DNA from: Pocillopora damicornis | Taxonomy: Eukaryota | DNA length: 64,000 nucleotides | Reading direction: 5' to 3' | Assembly (NCBI RefSeq): GCF_003704095.1 | Contig: NW_020846522.1 | Span: 62,001-126,000, forward strand | Part shown: positions 48,731 to 63,435 of the stretch, one piece after another | How positions within the stretch are numbered: position 1 is the first letter of the stretch | Layout: each line of letters opens with the position of its first letter | Program-made: the position numbers and the translations under genes | The notes under the pieces: generated by a model | What the model saw: the letters and a program-made list of their open reading frames with translations, nothing else | What the model was told of the DNA's origin: nothing | The model's database searches: none

Positions 48731-51700
48731 ATGGGCTCTCCCGAGCATTTGGTGTGTTTTCACTGCACTGTCACAAGATTGCCGTCAGGGGAATCGGACG
48801 CCGAGGAGGAAACCATCTCAGAGATTTCGTGGGTTGTCGTCGACGTGAAATCCAATCAGGTAAAAAAAATTTTCTTGCGGTAACTTGTTATGGATTGTGT
48901 AAGCTACGTTGGGGTTTCCCTTGTCGGACGCGAGAAAAATTTTCTCAAGGGCTCTGGGGGCGATACGGAGTTAGAACAATATATTGTTGATTTTTATCCT
49001 AACGCTGTGTTCATTTATGCCGAATTAGCCTGGTTCCGTGCATAGATGTGTTGTGAAATCGGGCCTGTCTGGAGCGAACGAAGCGTTAAAACAACCCACC
49101 AACAAATCGCTTGTGACCAGTGAAGCTCAACAGCTCGGGGACGCGTTAGAAAAGGTAACGTTACCAGTAGTGTGTATTTAATCCATCATTTCCGTTCACC
49201 CTTTGTTCGATCAACAACAAGACACGAAAAATGTCGATGTTAAAATACTCCGTTCTCTATTGCTGCTGACGTTATCCCGTCTTCGGAAGAGCGCTTTAAG
49301 GCCGAGGAACAGAGGAGGCGAATTTTCAAGACGTGCATGTCATGTAAAATTCATACATGTTTCATTGGCGTGTTGTGATCGCTTGAACAGTCCTCAATCA
49401 CATAGACACAATGACAACCAGCAAAGGCCGAAGAAGTTTCACCAAATTTATGTTTTGATCGCTCGACGGGGTAGGAGAATACATGCTTTTTGTACATTCG
49501 GCATTTCAAATGTGATCTCCCTGGTAAACAGGGGAGACGGGTCACACGACAGGAATTGGCCGCGAGTTTAATTCAAGACGGTGCCGTTCGAAATTTAATT
49601 CTCGAAAGAAGTAGAAATAAAATATCTATATAACCGCGCTGAAATGAAATATTAAAAAGGCAAACAGTTAATTCTAACAAGCTTTTATTCTTGAGGTTTT
49701 TGCGAAGTAAATATGTCCAAGATCAGAGATTGTATCGTTGGTTGCGGCACCAGGGCAAGTGGGAATGCGACGCAAGTGATGTACGTAAGGGGCCTACTTT
49801 CTCTCGCCCAAGACAACACTGTGTGTATCGGATATTCCAAAAAAAATTTGTAAATATTCTTATCTGGTCTTTTGTTGAACTTTCGTATACTTGTGTGGCC
49901 ATGCATATTCCCATAGTTTCCGAGTCGCCAGGCGTCTGTTTGTTATAAATCTCGGTTTTTATTTTACATTCTCTCTCTAAAACCCCCCTACGCAAGAGAT
50001 ATTATTTTCTCTACCGCTTTCGTATACAATATTCATGATCCTTATCGGCAGTTTAGAAAGAAAGTGTTAATACAGGTCTCTCTTTGGGCCAATGAAATAT
50101 TTGCTCGTACAAATTCGTGTTTGGATGATTTTTTTGTCGTTTCCCCGGAAATGTAGGGAAACCCAAGATTTAAAAGTGCTCACAAGGTTGGATAGAAATG
50201 GTTCCCAAGGTTAAAAACTGAAGATTCGCATCGGGTCAAGAACTGAAGAACACCTCCACCGATCGTTCGATATCATGTGTTTCCCTCGCGATCGCGTCTA
50301 ATCTCGTCCCAAAATAAATCTCAAGTCTTAACTGATTGTTTCTGGAGTGTCACGTAAATGCCCGTCCGCCTATTAGCCCAAAACAACACTTTCCTCTCGC
50401 ACGCGTGTTTTTAAGTCTTAATTGACTAAATTCTCGTTAGGAAAATGCAATCAAGTAATCTATGAGGATTTTTTAATCGCTTGGTTGCCGCGTGCTAAAA
50501 AATTTGCATCGGACCGAAACATTAGTGATCTCAAATGCTTGAAGGGGCGGCTGTATTGTTTTGTGAACAAAACCTAGACACTTCTATTTCCCTTTGGTAT
50601 TCTTTAAAGAACAACAAGAATGTGCGGACGTCCAGGTTCTTCTGTAAATAGCGCACTGCGTGAAATTTCTTTGTCCCGCCATTGTTTTGTGACTGCAATT
50701 GTGCCTAACAGGAAACCCCTTAAAATATGTCAACATGGAGTGATTGGCAGCTAGTCTTGTCAGGGAGAAGAGGCTATTGGTTGCTTGTGTTGATATATCA
50801 GTGTTTCTTCGTTGTGTTTCTTTTGTCCCAAAATATGCTGAAGAACTTTGTGTGATGTGATTAATTTTTCACCAGCTCATTCTAATTTGGCACAGGTTTT
50901 ATCTTCTCAGAATGACTAAACCTAAATTTTATTGCTATAAGACCTAATTTATAATTAATTTTAAGGAAATTGTTTTACTTTATCTATTTTTTATTGCTTT
51001 GCATTTCTATATTTTGACATCTGCAAAACGTTTCTTCTGTTAATGATTAAAAACTCTGATAGTGATATCCTTTACCAAATGAATGATAGTCAGCTGTAAA
51101 TGAAAAGCCTTGGCTTATTTCCATAATATGTAGACATCTCGTCTGTGGAAATAATTTTACACCTCTGAATAGTTGAAGGCCCAGTTTGTTTCACAAATGC
51201 ATTTAAATGCAGACTAGTATCTCTTTTGGGTCCATTTACAACATCTCTATCAACATTTTGTTGTCTTGTATTCATTGCAAATGAAATTCCCTTTTCTTGG
51301 CTGACCAGCTAAAGTTGCTGCCATATTCCTTCTTAAATTATCACCATAGTAATCTTCGCTTAATATTTGAAATATGTGAATATCTAAAAAAAAAAAAAAT
51401 CCAGAAAGAGGTTATAGTTCTCACCTTATTGAAGTCCACTCATAATGAACTATTGTAGTTTGTGTAACAATGTGATTGCTAGTGATGTAAATTTTTATGT
51501 TCAAATGGAGACTCCTTGTTGCTTGGTTTTCCATTGGCTCCTTGTTCAAAAGGATACTGTGGTGTAATTTGTTTCTTTTTTACAGCTGTGTTTGGGGCAT
51601 TTTAATCCAGACTGTTTCAGAAAGCTGCTCCCTTTCCACAGTTCTAATCGGAGCATTTTGATTTGGGATGGTTTAGGAAGCTGTTCGCTTTGTGATCTTT

Positions 51701-54700
51701 TGTTCAAATGTTTCCTGCTTGTGGCTACATTTATTAAGAAATTTCAGCACCACTGTCTTTGATGATGTTGTTAGGGAAAAGCCTTTGGTGAATAGTTTCT
51801 TTGACCCAGTCTGTTTTGTTGTGAGGATTGCATTCAATAAACTTCACTTCATTCCAGAAAGGGAGGAATCCTGTGTTATGAGCATGCTCTGAAGTGGGGA
51901 AGCTTAAGGCAGATCTGATACTCCAGTCTTCCTCTCTGATTTGATCATGAGTTCATGTAAATCTTGTGGTCTTACCAATGTCACCTTTACCAGGTTCACA
52001 AATTTATTAATTGCACAATCTAAGTTAACCAAGTCATTAGCATCTTTTGGATTTTAACTGTGATCTTACTGTGGTCCCCAAGTTGTAAACAGCAGTGTGT
52101 GTTGTTGGCAACCATAAGGTTGCTCAGACAGACCTCTGACATAGAATAAAACTGTAAAGGTTTTGAACTCAATTATAGGCTTGAATTTATTGTTCATTGT
52201 GTTTTCCTGAGGAGTTATCTGAAATAGAAAGGGATGATAACATTGATCTTTTGTAGGATCCTTTTGACATCATTGGTGCAGAACATAGATGACTTGCTTA
52301 GCCATATGCATTATTTGATCCAAAGTCTATATTAACTTGCTATAACTCATAGTTTTACTTACAAAATTGAACCAAGAGAAAAGCGTAAAAGTTAATCAAA
52401 CTGGTAAATTTTCTTATGGATATCAAAATCTCACAAAGAAAGCTCCCAAATGCAGATCTAAATACAAAGCCACAACCAAGTACACCAACAGACCACAATA
52501 CAAAAAATTATGAGACTTCAACCTTCTTCACATGTTGAAAAATCATTTTGTTTTTCTATAGTTTGACAACTTTGTTGAGAAGACAGTGACATGTTCTGGG
52601 GAAAGATGGAATCTTGTGACAGATGGACAGTTTCCATTAAGACATTACCTCCATTTGGAAGCTAGTAGAAAGAAAACCAAATTGTCTCAACATTTCTACA
52701 GCTTTTACGATCTTAGGAAGGAAGTCAGAAAGGCACTGAAGCATGATTCAGACTATAGAAGCCTTGAGGAAGTGGCCTCACGTATCCTTATCTTACATTT
52801 AACCCAGTGTGTTTCTGTTATAACCTTATTTGTCATTATAATATTTTTCCATGAACCAAAAAGAGGGGGGAAGGAGGGGGGGGAATAAAGTGAAAAGTTC
52901 CAAATTATCAATCCCTCTCTTCATGCCTAGGACAAGGCAGCCTTTGCCCCAACAGCTGTTCAAAGGAGTGGTGGTGGTTTGACAGTAATCTTTTAAGTTT
53001 TTAATTATAAGCAAAGGAGGCCATCTTAAAAATCCTACTTTATTTTATTCAAAGTGATTTTAATAAAGGGCGTAATTACAGGATAAATGCAGCCTAGTGA
53101 ACCTTTGGAGTTGACCCTTCTGGGATCCATGTATGTAAAAAAAGGAATTAGGAAGGGCGAAACAGTAATTATCAATCAGCTTTAACTAAAGACAGCAGGC
53201 AACATAAGCTAAATGGAAAACTGTCTTATAAATGACTAAAACAAAGAAGGCTTGTTATCTTAAGGGAATAATAAGGAAGGTCAAGCCCTCTACTACAAGG
53301 AGTCATTGTGACTCATTAAGACAATTCATCATTCAAAGTGTTGTAGCGTTTACACAGGAATGCTTTCAAGCTGGTATTCCCTTTATCACTTAAAGTTGGA
53401 TATTTTCAGTGTTTGTTTTAATCTGCATTTCAACTGGTGTCAAAAAATTGATATCAAGCTTAAATGGCTGTTTTCCTAGGTCAAATGAAACTGTGCAAAG
53501 ACATAGTTTTTGTCAAACATTTGCATGGGTAATCGATTATTTTATGCAATTTGGAATAAATTAGCAAAAGTTAATTATCTTAAGACAAGGTAAAATGAAA
53601 GGCTGAAAATGAGAAATCATGTAAATTCTTGATACTGATTTACATTTTGTTTCAACATTCTGCACTCAATTTCAACTTTTTGCTTTGAATTTTAACTTTC
53701 TATACTGCTCTGATTAATTGAAATGCTCTCAGTCTATAAGAAAGCCATAATTTGATCAGCTCTGAAATTACATAACTTGGCCAAGTTTCCTTTACATTGA
53801 TCTCAGATTGTAGAATCGATGCTAATAACAACAGTCCAGCAGGTCTGGAACACTGTAAACTCATGGCAAGTGTGGTTCAGTATCTTGTTACAGAAGGTAA
53901 GCTCACAAAATCTTTTGATTAGATGCAATAAAGTGTGTCAGTAGAAATTCTTGCTCTTATAGGAGGTTTTACATCAAAATTAAAAGTAGAGGAACCTGAT
54001 TATTTCCACTTTTATTGCAATATTCTGTTGTTCTGTGAGTTTCATATTTTAGTTTTTAATTATATTGGAATGCTTGATTTAATATTTTGGGAATTTGGGT
54101 TCTAACTTAGATGAGTATTATATTTTGCCCGTAAGACTTGAAAACTATATTTTAGTACAAAGCAGAATATACTTTTTGTAATTTTAGATGTACATGCAGA
54201 TTGAGAAAAATGTGTCTACTTTTAATTATTTTTAAAAAAGATTAACAATTAAAAACGGTTTGTGAGGACTAGAACATTCACGAGGTTGTAAGTTGTGGAT
54301 CATCTTTAATCCCAATAATAAAAATAACTTTTCAAGCAAGAGGTAAAAAGTTATCTTGAAAATATTTGAACTGTGTCATGGAGACAAAAAAATGCCATGC
54401 ACATATCAGCTAAATTTTTAGGATGCATGCAACAGTATATCTTTGTGGTCTAAGTCCATCACTTTGCAGTTAATGTTTATCCTGCTTTACTTTTGTTATC
54501 ATTCCTTTTGGACTAGCAGTAAGAAAAATTTGCATCACTTTGAAAAAGAAAAATTTCACTATATTGTTGTTTAAGCCTATGGTTGGCTAAGATTGGCCCT
54601 CTCTTTTGTTTGAGAACTGAGTAATTTATTTGTCATTTAAAACACAAACCCAACCCCGCATTATTTTAAGAACTTTGGAGACAATTACCAGAATTCCTGT

Positions 54701-57700
54701 TCAATTTCTTCGATAAAGTTTGTCCAAACTCTTGATTTCTTCACACACATTAATTATCAGAACAATTTTGTGTCATGGTAACACTAAATAAAACAGACTT
54801 TACTTTCTCAACACATTCTCTGTACTGAAGAGAGCTATGTTCACATTATTTTAGGTCACAAATTTAAGGATCCAGAAAAGATCAGTTCCAAGTATGAGCC
54901 AGGAGCATGGTATGGTGCTTCTTTACGAACAAAAAAGTTGGTACCTCAACAACATTTTTAATCTTGCCTTTAGTAACATTTTTATAATGTCGACATATGA
55001 AACCATTCCAGTCAAATCTATTTACAATTCTGTATGGTAATATAACAGTTCATTGTGTGACTGTAATTCCTAGCAAATAACACTTTAAAAAAGAGCAGCC
55101 CCTACAAAGTCAATTATTCACAGTCTTCCCAATGTCAAGGATTTATTAATTATAGGAATTTTATGATTCAATCTTTACATTTTTAAGGACTTTCATAAAC
55201 AAAATGTTAGGAAAATAATCAAAAAAGATTACTGGAGGACTATTGTAAGCAAATCTTAACAAGGTTTTTTTTTCTTTGATACATTAAAAACCTTGTGCAT
55301 TATGTGAATGATATAACATGAGGCAGTTAGAAGCTATAGGTGTTAGGTTAATTGCATCTATCCACTAACATTTGGCTTGCAAACATAGCTGATTTTGTGG
55401 TTCCTTTTCTCTGCCCTCAAAATGAGGAAGAATGGGAGCTATAGTTCCATGGTACAATCACCTTAGTCAATCTTTAGGATTTTGTGTCACAATTTATTTT
55501 ATCACCTGTGGTTGCAAATGTTATTTATTGAGCTTAGAGAGGCAACAGCCACAAATACCACTGTGTTTGCAAGGTAGCTCACATGGTAACTTCTATTTTT
55601 CTTTTCTATCATCTTTATTGCTGTGCAACCTTAAATTTAAAAATTATCAGAAAAGATGTTTTATATGAGGAGTGATATCCTTTTGTCAATCTTTAGAAAC
55701 CTCTCACCAGAATCAGTAATGTTATTGAAATCATCTTTTACCTAGTATAAATACCAATGTGACTTAAGCTATAACACTGTTGTCCATTCATGGAGATTTA
55801 TCTCTAACTGAGTTTTGAATCTAACATCAGCTAGCAATAAAATTGGCTGCCAAAAAGTTCAGAAAGTGTGTAACTTTCCATTAATAGAGGCTTAACCACT
55901 GAAAATTCTACTTACAGTCTTGGGCCTGTACTTGATGATACAATCATAAGAGCAAGGGGGCTTCCCTGGCAAGCATCTGATCAGGATGTTGCAAATTTCT
56001 TTAAAGGACTTAATATTGTAAGGTATGTGGTGTTAGCATTGAACAGGGAAAAAAACCATTGATAACCATTTCTTAGTACAATAATTCTTGATAAATCAAT
56101 TAATATTTACCAAATATTCATTATTTACTTTATTGAAATTAACTCTCTAAATTTCTGAAAATGATAAGTATTGCCTTTTTTCCATGGGCACCACAAGAAA
56201 TCTTGAATAAAGTGTAGAAAGAGTGATCAATAATACAAGCATGTTACTATTTCAGCATGTGAACTCACACAACCTCAACTTATCCCTATTCCTTATCTTG
56301 ACAAGGAGTCAAGTTGCTCCCCGAGTTGGGAAGTTAGTTGCACTTTAAGATACACAGGCACTGTTAAAAGATAATTATGACTTAGTTTTTCTAGGAACAC
56401 ATTCTGCAACCAGATGTAAAATTGATTTCTTGGAGTGTTTTTGTTGTTGATAGAGGTGGGATAGCATTTTGTTTAAATGCACAAGGAAGAAGAAATGGTG
56501 AAGCATTCATCAGGTTTGAGAAAGGGGAACACAGAGAATTTGCATTGAAAAGACACAAACATCACCTTGGTACAAGATACATTGAGGTGAGAGGTGACAG
56601 ACATGAATTGTTTCCTTTACATCCTTCTTGTGTTTACATAATTTTAAAAAAACATGCTCATTGACCTTGCTTAAAGAGACCACACATTTATATAAACTTG
56701 GAATCTTCCTTGGGGATTGATTTTGGACTTATTTCACAACACCATTAGTTCATGGTAAATAAAGTACAGAAGATCAAGCAAAATAAAGCATTGAGAAAAA
56801 ATTTGAAAATTTTCAGTATATTTGAATAACAAATAATTTTGAAATCTGACTCACAAGATTGAAGGAGTATTTCCTAATACACAAACCAAACAGTAAAATA
56901 CATCAAACTTGTGAGCCATCCTGTTTTAACTTGATCTTTATCAATGTCAATGTCATTGCATTGGTTCATGTAATTGGGCCCCTTTTTATACCTTATTTTT
57001 CTGTTTCACTCTTTGGAAGAGCATATTTTAACTAAGATTTTTATTCAGGTTTACAGAGCAACTGCACAAGATTTCCTTAAGATAGTGAAAGGTAATCTAC
57101 TTTCATATAACCTTTCAATACCAGATTACTCAAATTGAAATATAATTCATATTGTGATTGGGGCTACACTAAGTTGAACAACCAAAATTCTTGTAAAATG
57201 CCCAGAAACTGCTTACCAATATATATCGAGAATAATGGAGGTAAGCCTTGACAGACTAGCACCCTATCCCAGTAAAATTAAAATGTTCCTAGTCACTTCA
57301 TGCTACAGAAATAGGGATGCAGTCAGGTGTTGATTGAGCCATAAGGATTAGGAGCAGATTTTACCTTTTTCACCACCTTTTTCAAAAATATTTTGGAGTA
57401 CATAAAAAGCTTTTAATTCAGGGCTATTCTACTCATTCTGTTGAAAGGTTATATTTTACCAATTTCCTTGTTTTGTTTATTCCCATTAACTGACTTATTT
57501 ATACATATAGGTCCTGTTGATGTCACCCAGATTGCTGCTAACTTTGTATCAAACAAAGCTGAGGTGATCATTAGAATGAGAGGACTTCCATTCAACTCAA
57601 AAGAGAGTGATGTGGTGAGTGTTCAGGAGTGAATTATTGACATCTGATACATGTAGTCTCACTTTCTTGTATGTGTTATGACTATGTATTGATATATTTT

Positions 57701-59843
57701 GCATTTCTTTTTCCTATTTTTTCCCTTGTGTAGATTGAATTTTTTGAGGAGGATGCACCAGTATTCAAAAGTGATGAAGGAATTCTCATTGTTAGGAACA
57801 ACTTTGGGAAGGCTACTGGAGATGCATTTGTTCTTTTTGAGACAGAGGAACATGGCCATGCAGCATTGAGGAAGCACAGATGCATGCTTGGCTCCCGTTA
57901 TGTTGAGCTGTTCCGAAGTTCACAAAGTGAGGTTCAGCAAGTTCTAAACTCTTACAGCAATCTCATGCACAATTTTCCACCAATCATGTTTCCACCCTTG
58001 CCACATCATCCTCCCTTTCACCCTCCCTTCTTAATTCCTGGGCTGGGTGTAAATGGTATGAACACCAAAGACTGTCTGCGCTTACGAGGGTTGCCGTTCT
58101 CTGCAACAGTACAAGATGTATTAGACTTCCTAAAGGAACATGCTGCATTTGTAGTTCCTGGTGGAGTTCACATGGTGTACAACACTCAGGTGAGATGGGT
58201 TGTGTAATGCTTTAAAAAGAAATTAGTCTCATTTTCTGATTACTGTAGTTGCGGAAACAAGTAGCTGTCAAAAGTCTTTTTCTATCTTACATATCAAGAG
58301 CTGGTGAAGCAGATTCAAAACTGCTTTTTTAGAAACTTCATTAATATTCCCTACCCTTGTTCCTCTTCTCCATGGCTCCTCCATAGTTATCCCTCTAATC
58401 TTCAGAAATGAGAATAAATTCTTGTAGTGAGGGGCTTGAGCACAAGTAAAAATTTCACCTCTCAGTATGACTGGTAAATTTTCTGTTATGATTATTTAAA
58501 GGGTCGCCCCTCTGGAGATGCATATGTCCAGTTAGTATCACCTGAATGTGCAAAATCTGCCACCACGGACTTGCACAGACAACACATGGGAGAGCGATAC
58601 ATTGAAGTGTTTCCCTGCTCAGGAGTAGATATTGCTGCAATTATAACCAGCAGTACAATGAACCAAAACAAGATGACCTCACCCAATAACACTCCCTACA
58701 GCCATCCATGTTCATACCCCATGACCAATGGTGTGGTCACCAGCCCTAATGGGACACATATGAATGGACACACAGACACTGTTGGAGCTGCTACATCAGC
58801 TTGTCGCAGTCCCACAGGATTGTATGTACCTCATTCACCCACATACTTCAACTGCATTATACCTCAAAATGGCATTGGTGGAGGGAATGTGAGTTATTAT
58901 CCACCTGCCAGTGCAAATTTTAGGATGCGCATGTCACCATATTTGCCACAGCCCTATGAAGTGATGCCTCTCTTTCAAGGATACCAGGTAGACTAGGCTT
59001 TAATTTTGATTACTATCATTTTTTCAACATTAAGTTTGTTAAAGTAAGTCATTATTGAGTGAGAATGGTTTCCTGAGTCTTGTGTGGTTGTTTTGGTTCT
59101 GGATCTACCTTGGGTTAGGTCTGTATATCTAGTGAAAATCTGTTTGCAAAATTTACTTTACCAAAACAATATCCTATGCCAGCCAACATGTCTAGAATCA
59201 GAGCCAACAGATTTTTTGTTAAAGAACAGATAAAATCAAAAGATGTCAAATAACATCCCCAAATCTTTAGAAGACATTTGGAAGACTTCTGAGACTACCC
59301 CTCTCCTTAGCTGTGGAGTAGCACTGGAAAGGGGTTTTTGGAAAGGATAATCATATACCAAAACTTTTCTCTTCTTGGACTGGTATGAGCCTTTTTACCC
59401 CATTTATTTTCTGGAAAATGTGGTTTTTTTTTAACCCTTTGACCCTGAGAGTGACTAGCATCAAATTTCTCCTTTCAATAACACCCCTGAATCACACATT
59501 AAGGTCATGAGAATAAAGGAAATGATCACCAACTAAAAAAGCTCTTAACTGTTCAACAAATTCTCCCTGTCAGCACCTTAGGAAATGTATGGAGAACAGT
59601 ATGGAAAATATGTATGCCGATGTAAGGCTGTGAAGGGTTAAGTTTTAAGAGTAAGAAACTGATCAGCAGACTGGGGCTGAGAAAACTTTCTCCTGCAAAA
59701 GAGATAATCCTGCTCAGGGTGTGGGGGTTGGCAGGTGTGTTGTTACCTAAGCTTCTTTGGTAACAGCAATAGTTTTGAACAGAGACTAATAATACCCTTA
59801 ACTGAACATCTTTCATTCATAGATCGCAGACTATGGCAGGTAG
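48731..59843 (+). CDS. ESRP1: Epithelial splicing regulatory protein / fusilli ortholog (~655 aa; N-terminal DnaQ-like region plus 3 qRRMs)
   Basis: Exons 48731-48859, 49029-49154, 52562-52781, 53807-53896, 54855-54909, 55918-56022, 56454-56586, 57049-57091, 57511-57614, 57734-58189, 58502-58987, and probable 59823-59843 (alternatively read-through stop at 58996). Motifs [79 protein letters not shown]. Probably co-orthologous to ESRP1 and ESRP2. Confidence 0.94.
52782..53806 (+). other. U12-type GT-AG intron in ESRP
   Basis: 5' splice site GTATCCTTA; branch-like TTCCTTTAC (53787-53795) 11 nt before the intron end. Confidence 0.75.
59431..59641. mobile_element. TTAA-flanked piggyBac-like MITE
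   Basis: TTAAccctttgacc ... gctgtgaagggTTAA; related to 32716-32936. Confidence 0.85.
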
Positions 59844-62800
59844 TTCAAGCAGATCACCTCTCTGGGATCCTGCACAAAATCAAAGCAATCCTTAATAGAA
59901 AAGACTGGTCCTGCTATATGAAATGCTACTTGCAAAAGATTAAATTAGAGACAAGTTCTCAGAGCGAAACAGCTTTTGCTGCTGCTACTACTGCTGCTGA
60001 AGCATTTGCAATGTTTTTAGATGCCTTCCTCTTAGTCAACAAGAAAAAAAAGTATGACTTTATCATTCAGTACATTTGAGTGAAGAATCCATAATTATTT
60101 TAGATGTAATGTACATGTAATTATGCTGCTAACATTCAAAACTGATACATTGAGTGAAATTCAGTATAAGAATGTTCTAGACATTTTTGATGTGTCACCC
60201 TGAAAGACAGTGGTAGAAATTTTCATTCGACTATGTGACCTGTGTACTACTTATTAACAATCAGAATCAGATGACTTGATAAACACGAGTCAAATCTTCT
60301 AAGAAACTTAGTTCAAAGGTCTGTTACTTAAACGGTAACACCAAAAATAAACAGAGATAAAAAAAAATTATGTAGTTCATAAAAATGCAAGCAAAAATTT
60401 GTCAAGGAGAAGTAGATGCCTTCAAAATTTTTATCATCAGATTTGATGAAAAAGGATAATTTCTGACACCAGGTAGTTTTTAAATAAGCCCAGCGTTTAA
60501 TTGCTGCAACATGGATTTCGTGCGAAGATACCTTGACAAATAGGAAAAAAAAATACAAAGGAGAAAACATACAATACTAATTGAATTATGAGAGTGATAT
60601 TGTATAATTACAATGAATTGTAGAAATATGTTCAGATACAAATTTTATTTATTTTTTGCTGGATACCCAGACTCCAGCTCAAAATACAATCTTTTTAGCC
60701 TCGATACATGGGAGATAATACTCCTTAACCTCTGATGCACACAAAATCCCAACATCAGTGGTAAACAGTGCAATATCTTTTTGCATTGTGTAATGATTCT
60801 GACAAAATGGTTAATGCATCAAGTCACTGAAAGATGTCAGAAGAATTAAACACTGAGGCAGAAAGGCTTATTTGGCTGTCAGTGAAATGCTGTAAATTAG
60901 AGCATGATGTACCCTGACTGTACATTAATGTAATTAGTATCAATTTATGCTTGATAGATAATCTTGTTTAATTTAGTTTTTAGAACTTTTTATACTAGTA
61001 ACCAGTCTTAGTCAATGAAACATGAATTTGCCATGGGCTTGTTGTACATTGTAATTGAAAAGTTTGATTGACTGAATATTTATGTTAATTCCACAATCTA
61101 ACTTGTGGAGGACTTTAACCATTCACACTTTGAAACAAATGTTCAAAATCTTCAACATGAGCTGAAAGTTTGTTTCAGAACAAGATGGTAGATATCATCA
61201 TTGTTTTAATGTATTGAAATTTGATTATTAGTATGTATTTGTCATAGTAACCGTCCAATCAAGTGTGTATTTTCAGGAAAAATCATAATTTAGTTCTCAG
61301 CGCTTAAAATGTAAATGGTTGAATCCTATAATTAACATCAGTTGAAAGTGGATAGTGTTATAATCGGTGATGACAAAGGGCAAAGTTGCTGGTTAAAATT
61401 AATCATTCTGATACAAGGCTGGATCAAATTTGCAAACCAATTTTTTCAACATTTATTTGTCTCTAAACGTGCAATATTTATGGGCATAGTGTTCAAAACT
61501 AGCCATATTGTTTTTATTTACATGACAACTAATTATGTATGACAAATAATTGTTAATAGCCAGTCAATGCAAGAGACGCTGCTCTAAAAAGAGTCTTACA
61601 ACCAGTACTTGTCACTCAGAGCACATCTAAAAATATATGAATTACAAATAAAAATATTATTTTAACCAAGAGAAGCTTAACTAAGCCAGGATAGACCACT
61701 TAATAAATGACATTTATAACACATAAGGCAAAGCCAGAGCATAATTAAATTATCACCATTAATAAAGTTGCTCTAATTATATTTTCCGAATGTGTTAGTG
61801 GTATGTGTGAATACATGCCACTGTCGGTAAAATTATTTCTTGAATGTTTATGAATTGTCATCATGTTGTTACCAAGAATATCTCATTTATCTGGACAATC
61901 TGGACTTGTTAGACAGTGAAATATGCCATAACTTGAAAACGTTTCTGATCCATTTACCTTATTTATCCTTGATAGAACAAGAATTGTTTATGGCAGTGCC
62001 ATGAATAAGTGCAAGGCACTAATGCTCATTATAACAATCTTTGTCTTGTTTTTTTTTTAGACCGGTTATTCTTAATGTGATATTTTTGGTAACAGAGAGA
62101 CTAAAATACAGATAATTATTTTAGCTATATTTTTAAACATACTAAAATAAATAGCCGTACTCCAGTGTAAAATAGAAGAAAACTTGTTGGTGTTTTTCTT
62201 ACAGATACAGTCATTGCAGTCACACATCTTTTCATGTTCTTTTTTCTATGTATGATTTTTACCTTAATAAAAAACATGCATAGCTCAGTAAATTGTACTT
62301 GTAACCTGGAAATGACTGTACTTTCTTGAAAATAAAAAAGTGAATCTTGTTACATGGCAAGATTCTGATTTGAAATGATTTTTCTCAGTGTAGCAATATG
62401 GAAAATCCTTTGTTTGTGTGTTGTTGAGCCCAATGGTAGGAGGTAATGTCCTAGTCAGGGATCTAAAAAGAATTTCTCAGAAGTGGGTTCTTTACACTAG
62501 TGTTTTACCATCATGAATGGGTCCCCAGTTAGTTTTCTTATTCTGAAATTTAACTTTTACCATTGATAGAGAAAGTAATTGAAGTGAACCTCAACACACC
62601 CCCCCCCCCTTCCCTTTTTTAACCCCTTCTTTTAGCCAAGCCCTTAGAGGTGATCAATGCATCAGATTCAAAGCCTAGAAAAAGACATAGAGTTTGAGTC
62701 ACCACTGGCAGATTGGATTCATGGTAGTTCTAAGTACTACTTTGGCAGCTTGAAGATAGCTTTATAGATCCATTAATGGAACGATGAAACACTGCCACTA

Positions 62801-63000
62801 AATGTATACAAACACTTGGAGAGACTAATTAAAGTCTGTCTCTGTCTGTGTCAGCCTTCTATACAGACTTCCTAAGGCTTGTCATGCAATCATTCCTCCC
62901 CAAGAAGATCATTGGGTTATGAGCCTAATAATGTTAGCATAAAAGGCTATTTTTGGGTCAATATGTGAGTGACATGTACCTGTAATTCTCTTTTCTGTAA

Positions 63001-63081
63001 GAGGCCATTTTACAGTTGTGTACTTAGTTGCCAAGCCTTTGATCTGGATGGAGAGAGGCTGATGTTGACCATGTTGTGATA
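63001..63081. mobile_element. Partial copy of the 28690-28906 MITE, cut by gap
   Basis: ggccattttacagttgtgtacttagttgccaagcctttgat...gttgaccatgttgtgata is the near reverse complement of 28829-28904. Confidence 0.85.
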
Positions 63082-63181
63082 NNNNNNNNNNNNNNNNNNN
63101 NNNNNNNNNNNNNNNNNNNNNNNNNNNNNNNNNNNNNNNNNNNNNNNNNNNNNNNNNNNNNNNNNNNNNNNNNNNNNNNNN
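63082..63181. other. Assembly gap (100 N)
   Basis: Run of N; probably contains the remaining SIRT5 3' exons. Confidence 1.
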
Positions 63182-63435
63182 ATGCAGAATTAAGTGTACA
63201 AATATACAATTTTGGGTCCCTCTGGTCATCAGGAAATTTAGGGTCTACCTGGAAATTGGCTTTATTGTTGTTGTTCCATTTGGGGGGTGGAGGAGAGGAG
63301 AGGTACTTTGGGAGTAGGGGAGAGAAGGAAAAGGGACTTTTGGGGGAGAGGGGAAAGGGAAGGACAGAATAATAACAGCAACTGAGAGGAGCCTGGAAAT
63401 AGGGAATTTATCTTCAATATTTCAGAAATCCATAC

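Noticed and set aside
60000-63081. Apparent loss of SIRT5 terminal exons (pseudogene?)
   Set aside because: The expected VGTS...YPAA exon is not visible, but an unsized gap at 63082-63181 lies where it would be.
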